Below are positions 55,696 to 64,000 of a DNA stretch of 64,000 nucleotides, piece after piece. This DNA comes from the human T2T-CHM13v2.0 reference genome, Homo sapiens. The stretch lies in NCBI RefSeq assembly GCF_009914755.1, contig NC_060931.1. One strand, 5' to 3'. The notes beneath the pieces were generated by a model, which was given only the letters and a program-made list of their open reading frames with translations, ran no database searches and was not told the DNA's origin. Within the stretch, counting starts at the first letter, position 1; each line of letters starts with the position of its first letter. The position numbers and the translations under genes were made by a program.

Positions 55696-55905
55696 AGTGC
55701 AGTTGGTTAGCACTCTCTGGTGACAGAAAGGCTGTCTATCTATACCATCCAATCCAATAGCCACTTGCCCCATATGGCTGTTGAGTGCTTGGAATGAGGC
55801 CTGTGAGATTGAGGAACTCAATTTTAAATTTTATTTAACCTTCATCTATTTTAAATTTAAATAGCCAGCCACATGGGGCTAGTGGCTACCATATTGGGCA
55901 GCACA
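55696..55905. mobile_element. MER3 (hAT-Charlie MITE)
   Basis: 'tagccac...atatggctgttgagtgcttggaatg...gaggaactcaattttaaattttattt...ctagtggctaccatattgggcagcacag'. Confidence 0.85.
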
Positions 55906-56549
55906 GGGCTGGAGGCACATGGTAAGAAATTTATATCCAATAACTAATAGGAAGACACATTGATTAGTTTTTTTAAACCTATATATTAATCGTTTCACAA
56001 GTACTAGGGCTTCAATACATGGTACTGCATAAATAAAGCAGTCCTTGCCTTCAAGTCAAACACATCACCTTATCTTATTGTTATCTGAGAAAATGCAAAG
56101 GAGCCCATGGGAGGGAGAGGAGGGACACTTCATTCAGCTTCAAGGGTGTCAGGGAGAGTTTTCTGGGAGATTCGATGATTAGGATGATTCTTGAAGAGTT
56201 AATGGGAGATAACCTTGAGAAGGAGGAGAAAGCTATCTCAGGTGGAGGCAACAACCCCATGGTTATCAGAGAAGCAGCAGCATCAGGGAGAGGTCAGAGT
56301 ATTCAGGGAGGTATGTGGGCCTGGAGACTCGTGCATGTGGGGCAAAGCCATTCAGAATGACCCTCGGAGATGGGCAGGGCACCATGGGGCTTTTGCATGG
56401 GGCTCAGGCCTCAGATGACTTTTTTTAAGGTCATGGGGAGTCATTTGAAAATTGGAAGCAGACACGTGAGATTTCTGTTTTTCTGCTTCCATTTCAGTAT
56501 TTTCCAAAAAGCAGTAATGTTGCTGGAAAGAAGGAGAGCAGTGTAAGAG

Positions 56550-56868
<319 letters not shown>

Positions 56869-58576
56869 AAGAGACTCGTTTGAAGTTGAATGAAACGAAC
56901 AGAATTTGGCAATGGCTTAGTTGGGAAAGGAGAGGTTAGCAGGGAAGGGGCAGCTGCAGCATGTCCTTAGGGGTGTCAACATTTGTGCTGAACACAGGCC
57001 ACTGTGGGAGGAGGCATCGGCTTGACACAGCAATCCTGTGGTGGAGGTGTTTGTATTTTGAGGTTATTATTCTATTGTTGATTCTTGGAGTAATAAGAAT
57101 TGAGAGATTACCCAGAAGCAATGGGCAGTGTAATAAGAGGAGAGGGCTGGAGAACAAGCTGGGTGACTCCCATGTTTACAGGCTTCTGGCCTCAGGGAAG
57201 GCCTGGAAAAAAGGATGGGAAGAAGATGCTGTTAGAATCCAGGAGAAAGCTACCTCTAAGAAAGCAAAAAAGGCAGGCTCATAGCAGACAAGTAACCTGA
57301 ATTGGGAAAGGGCCCAGTGGCCCCGGCCTTGGAGGGCAGCTGGTGTCTGCAGGGAGGGTGGCTTTGGCAGGAGCACAGGTGTGGTTGAGGCTGAGGTGAC
57401 CAAAGTCGGATTAACACGAACCCGAGGCACGTAGCACAGGGGGATGAGTGTGGGGGTTTCTTCCGGGCTGCTGCACAGGCCCTCCTCTTCCCAGACAGCA
57501 GCTGCTGAGTGTCAGGTGGGGGGATAAAGGCCAGAAGCAGAGATGCCGCTAAGCCCACAAACAGGTGCCCACGGGATCAGCCTCGGCGCCGGGCGGGTCT
57601 TAGGTCTGAAGGACACTTGGAGACTAGATGTTAACTGTTGGAAATTTAGTAAACTGGGCCACCAGAGGCTTAATTCACTGCTTTAAAGTCTGATGATTGG
57701 AAATTAACCTATGAGAATTGTCAGATTACATTGAGGTTTGATCTCCCGTGCACTTACACAAATGCACACAGACACAGACACAGACACAGGCATGCACACA
57801 CCTCTTTTATGAGACAGATAAAAACCCAGCCACAAAGATGTCAATGCCACACATCTAAGAGCCTGTCCCATAAGTAATGCACAGGGCTCCAGCCCCCGTG
57901 GGAGGAAGATAATTGGACTGTAAAATAGTGAAGGGCACGGCTGGGTCAAGAGAGAGTCCCCTAAAACCAAATTCCAGATGATTTCCATATTCTGAATGGA
58001 AAGCCTGCATAATCATTATTTTTAAAACATATCGACTTAGAAATAAAATATAAAAGTCAAAAAATCAATTAAGAGGACTAATTCAATGAAGAGTGTTTTC
58101 TGGTGGCTATTTTTCTTTTTATTAAAGTTTTTAATTTTTTTATTTTTTGGGCACCTAGTATATATTTATGGGGTACATAAGATGTTTTGATACAAGCATG
58201 CTCTAGTGACTACTTTTCAAGAGTTAAACTGTGGACTCCAGAGTCTGAAAATAAAGTATAATTTTTGAGAATGTTCAAATTATAGTTTTAAAAGTCTTTG
58301 GCCCATTATTTATATTTTTTATTCTTATTTGGAATTAAGCACAGTATTTTGTTTTTTCAAAAATTTAAACCTGACTGAGAGCTAGGTTGTCATGGACCAT
58401 TGGTTATTTATCTTCTTTTGATGATACTTCATTTAATAACAAATCAGTGTTCCTGTGTCTGATAGAGTTAGATGAATTAATCAAGTCAGTGTTTATTCCT
58501 CCTTCAAGTGGCATCTTCTTAAAGGTAGCTTTGCAAAATGCCCAATTATTTGGACAACTTAAAAAAAGAACTATGG

Positions 58577-59042
<466 letters not shown>

Positions 59043-59082
59043 AGAGATTGGCAGGGTGTGAGTGGCAGAAAGAGCTTCTTAG

Positions 59083-59221
59083 GCAGTCAGACCACCTGGC
59101 TCTGAATCCTGGCTCGGTCACAAATTAATTATATGGAAGAAAACCTTAAGCCTCGGTTTGATTTTCTCCTTTAAAAAGTGAGACAAATAAATGCATTTAT
59201 TTCTCAGAAGATAGTTGTGAT
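59083..59221 (+). mobile_element. MIR fragment
   Basis: 'gtcagaccacctggctctgaatcctggctc...aagcctcggttt'. Confidence 0.6.
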
Positions 59222-60054
59222 GCATCTATTATTTTATGACATTTTTGTTCATTTTTAAAAGGTCCTGACAAATTTTAAGTGTTTTATGTGATCAGTTAGA
59301 TGACATGCTAATAGGCAAAAGGCTTGCCTCTAATATACATGCTGTCAAATTTTCCATCAGCTTCTATATTTGCTTCTCTAAGATTTTTTTTTCCTGAATG
59401 ACATAATTAATTAATGAGGTCATGCAAAATTCTTAAGGAAAATAGCTAAGTCAGTTTCCTTCATTAAAATCCACTGTAAACAAAGACGGCCCTCTGTTTA
59501 ATGCTTAGTTTAACAGAAAATTTAAATTAGCACAGATAATTCTTCACATCATTTGGTTAATTGAAGGTATGGGAAACTGTATTTGTAGTGTTCACTCAAA
59601 CCATTCCCAATAAGTGAATTACCCATGGGCCAAACTCTGGAAATTGCCAGATGAACTGTATTATATAAAGATAGTATGGCATGAATAGCTGTTCTTTCAT
59701 ATTGCCTTTAATCCATCCTCTTTGAAATAATAGAGGCCTGAGATACATCAGTGTTATTGAGCAGGAACGCTTGAATATAAAACCAATCAAGACAACATAT
59801 AGTATGAAATAGTAGCTTATCATGTATGTGCATGCATGCTATTTTATTTGTTTTTTGCTGATAAAGGTGGAATGATGTTATGATGAATTTCACCATGAAA
59901 GACTGAAATAGAGCAAACAAAACGTCTCAATCAGGGTTTGCCAGGGTTATTCCTAATGAGTTATTCATACTGGTTGTATTTTTTTGACCATTGGGATTTA
60001 TTTATCTGAGGGCTGCTGGAAAAAGGAGAAAGGGAAGCTACGTCATTTGCCTTC

Positions 60055-60245
60055 TGTGTGCCAGGCATTTTCTCTTTCTTTATCCCTGGAATAACCTTGT
60101 GTGGGAGGTTTCATTATTCTCATTTTACAAATATGGAAACTAGCTTAGATGAAGAGAGATGGAGTGACCCTCCGAAGGCCTTGCAGTCAGCAAGAGTTCG
60201 AAGCGGGGTGAGAATTCACGTGTTTCTGATTTCTAAAGCCGTATT
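60055..60245 (-). mobile_element. MIR
   Basis: 'tgtgccaggcatt...attattctcattttacaaatatggaaact'. Confidence 0.7.
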
Positions 60246-62611
60246 CCTTCCACTGCCCTGGTTCACATGTTAGAATGTCACATCTTTATCCTTCAGACAT
60301 AGTAGCTCAGTCTGCATCAGACTAAGATGGGGAAAAACTTGATTCCTGGAAATTTCCAAACATACGGAAAAGTGGAGGGAATTAGGCGATAAGCCAGTTG
60401 TACCCATGACCCAGCTGTATAATTATCAAGGCTTCGGCAATCTCGTTTCATCCATTTCACTACCACTATGATTTGAAACAAATGCCAGATATCATTTTTC
60501 TCCGCTAAAAACATTTTATTATGTTGGATCCTGTTTGTGCCCGTATTTTATACTAAGCCTTCACATAAGTTATGTTCTAGGATGTCTTCAAATGAGAGTA
60601 AAAGAGGACACCGTTGTCTTACTGCTGGGGAAAAGAGAGGGGGCTTTCTTCTTTCTTCAACTTCCCTCTGTGATACAAGGGAAAAATGCAGCTAAATTAG
60701 TCTAAAATCTCGATCCCTTGAAAACAGAAAAATCAACAGTTTTAAGCAAACAAATACAATCCCCCTAGTAGCTAATCATTTTCATCCACGTGCCTGGTAC
60801 ACATGCTAATGTTGGAGGGAAAAAAACAGGGTGATGTGCTTTTTGAGTGTGGACACCAGAGGGCAGAGTGTACTGATTAGAGTTTCCTGGCATTGCAAAA
60901 GTGCAGTGCGGCTTGGGGAGGAAAAGCAGTAGGCTATGAAACATTATTCCTTATGTCAATAGAAGGAAATTATTACATAAGGGAAAACTGGCAAGATGGA
61001 AGAGCTTATATCCGCTTGCAGTTCTGTTCATTCCCCCTAAACTCCATATATTATTTCAGGATTTTCATGAGAAAGGCTCTTCTTTGAAGAATCAATTGCT
61101 TATCCATGGTGTTAGTTTATATGTTTGTATCATGATAAACATCCTATCCAGAGGTGTGACCTTCCAGACCTTGCTAACAGCATGCTGCTGCTTTGCAAAG
61201 CTGCCTGCGCTTTGCTGCTCACCTAAAGGAGGACTTCTCAATAATAGACAGGATTTGATTCCTTTTTGTCATGAGAAAGCTCCCTGATTGTGCATTTGTA
61301 ATGCATGAATTGCACAGATCTCCCTGCTGAGAGGCTTACATCACAGAGTTGGCTCACTGTTTCCAGTATCATTCTTCCAGCCCAACAGTAAGCACTGGCA
61401 GAGAGCAGGTAGCTGCCTACCCTGATATTACGGGACGTCAATAGGCTCTTGCACGCAAGTGTGGTGTTTTTCATTGCACACCAAGGGTTATTAGGCTGTG
61501 CTGAGTCAGATGGAAATAAAAATAGCCTGGAACCTGTGCCCGTTTGTTTGGGGGACTTGTCCCAGCACCATGCTAATGAGCCCAAGGGCTTGGGCTTGAT
61601 GTCCCTGGTGGTTCCATCAGAGCAACATGAAGGAAAGCAACTGTCGGAAGCCACAGGCCCTCACTTAATGTGGTTTGCAGAGTGGTAAGTGATGGCTCTT
61701 CCCACGGGTATGGTTGTCTGGCACAGAGAGAGCCGGGGGACCCACACGCTCACGCAGTTCCTGCCAGCAACTGTGAGACATGACGACTGTGACTTAGCAG
61801 AATCCAGGGTTCATCCACCCTCCTGTGAGTCCTCCTGCTCCCCGTTTTGCTGCCATCTCGGGCCAATATCTGCAGGTGCAGAGACCCTGGAGTAGCTGCA
61901 CCTCAGCCTCATGTCCTCTGTGGTCCCTTAATTGCCCAAAAGAAAGAATTTAAATGTAAAGTCGCTCTGTGCAGCGAGCATGTTCCTTCGTGCCCTGGGC
62001 GGCCTCTCTGACAGCCCTGACTCTGGTCTGTGACGCTGGGATTGTGGCTGCTTTCAGGCACCGTCATGGCCTTCCATGGTCCTCTGTCTGCCTTTGTCTC
62101 CTTCCTTCTGTTTAGGATGCCCTTTAGTGGGGGAACTCCTGGTCCGCCTTCTTCTCTAAATCTGTGCTCTCTACCAAGGATTTTCCAAGCCTGCGCTTCC
62201 TCCTGTCGTCTCCTTTGCTCCTCTCCGTGGCTCTGGCTCCTGTTCCGCAGCCCCTGGACCTATATCTGTGATCACACTTAGTGTTTTATACATCAGTTAT
62301 TCACTTAAGTGTCGGCCGTGCCCACCAGCCCAGAAGACTCAAGGACGAGTACTTTTCTATACTTACCTTTACACAAGATAGGGTCTCAGTACTCATCGCG
62401 ATTAATACATGAATGAACTTCAGCAAAATAATTGCAATGTGTAAAGGCCAAGATCCAGAATAAAACCTTTCATTTCTTAGCTAAAAATCTCCCCACATCC
62501 ATTAGTTTTACATCCTTGGCATTAAAGATCCTAAGGAGAAATTGGTATTCCTGTCTGGAAAAACTTGCTGTTACTTAATGTATTTGAAAGTAAGTTATTT
62601 TTAAATAAATA

Positions 62612-62990
<379 letters not shown>

Positions 62991-63681
62991 GACCTGGAGA
63001 ACATATATACTCAACAGGTGCATGTCATAACCTTCGGGGAAATAGGGTGGGAAGGATGAAGATGATATTTTATGTGATCTGTACTGTGTGAGTTGTGAGT
63101 TTCTGCATATATTAATTAGTAAAATAGGTAGGAGCAAATATTATGAAAGCATTAAAACACCAAGACTAACCAAGACAATCATGAAGAGGAACATTTCTGT
63201 CTAACTAGATGGCAACTTATTATAAAGTCTTAGTAATTCTGATGACTATACCCCACATGGATGCAGAGACAGAATAAGTAAATCAGTGGACCAAACAGAA
63301 ACAATTGGTCATATTTACACAGTTCTTGTTACCAGCTGGGCTGTTTTAAACAACTTTCCAATATAAATTCATTTAATCTTTGCAGCTGTCCATGAAGTAA
63401 CGTTTATAGGTCTCCATTTAATGCTTTAAGAAAATAGAAAAAGAAAGGTTAAATTGCTGAAAGAGTCACATAAGAGGAATTGGCATAAGAGACACACCGG
63501 CTACTCCCTGGGTGTGAAGCTTTATAGCCACAGCAGGGAGGGGAGTGTCAAGAACCAGGGCAGGGAGGATAAAGACCCCGCTGAGAGTTCCAGCTCAGTT
63601 TATGATTGGTATATGCCTTTCATAAGCAAGTCACTATTTTCTTGAAAAGAAATGGAAATCAAGAGATGCATGTGTTGTCAA

Positions 63682-64000
63682 AGCGGGAGAAAATATTTGC
63701 AAACTATGTATCTGACACAGTACTACTATCCAGAATGTACAAGGAACTCAAACAAATCAGCAAGAAAAAAACAAATAATCCCATCAAAAAGTGGGCTAAG
63801 GACATGAATAGAAAATTTTAAAAAGAAGGTATACAAATGGCCAACAAACATATGAAAAAATGCTCAACCTCAGTAATGATCAGGGAAATGCAAATTAAAA
63901 CCACAATGCAATACCACCTTCCTCCTGCACAAATGGCCATAATTAAAAAATCAAAAAATAATAGATGTTGGCATGGATATGGTGAAAAGGGAGCACTTCT
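63682..64000 (+). mobile_element. L1 (L1PB/L1MA-like) ORF2 3' fragment running off the window
   Basis: REKIFANYVSDTVLLSRMYKELKQISKKKTNNPIKKWAKDMNRKF is the L1 ORF2p C-terminal sequence. Confidence 0.95.

Overview
Human (primate) genomic DNA: an Alu/L1/L2/MIR/LTR-rich region with one CpG island at about 39.6-41.9 kb. The island contains a 243-nt first coding exon (41302-41544, MASLYQRFTGKINTSRSFPAPPEASHLLGG...ARSDGDEED|gtaaga), which I recognise as the N-terminal exon of the long isoform of DPP6 (DPPX-L, Kv4 auxiliary subunit, 7q36.2). From memory, this region has an inverted paralogous low-copy repeat at 7q36.1, so the sequence alone cannot say which copy this is. The most striking structure lies about 4 kb into intron 1. 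It is a ~7.0-kb composite array (45643-52643) in which an LTR-less ~600-nt gammaretroviral (HERV-E-like) pol fragment has been co-amplified with a GC-rich ~80-82-nt minisatellite. The array holds 3 long pol blocks, 5 short 5' stubs, one 3' remnant and ~55 minisatellite units, joined by a recurring hairpin junction. Other notable observations: a candidate spliced antisense transcript leaving the array with a 173-aa ATG ORF; an in-frame CUG in strong Kozak context and a strong splice acceptor upstream of the DPP6 ATG; a CTCF/AP-1 element at 28.5 kb; a tandemly duplicated AluY; and several non-B-DNA motifs. Almost all ORFs in the supplied track are spurious. Repeat family names are from pattern recognition, not from a database search.
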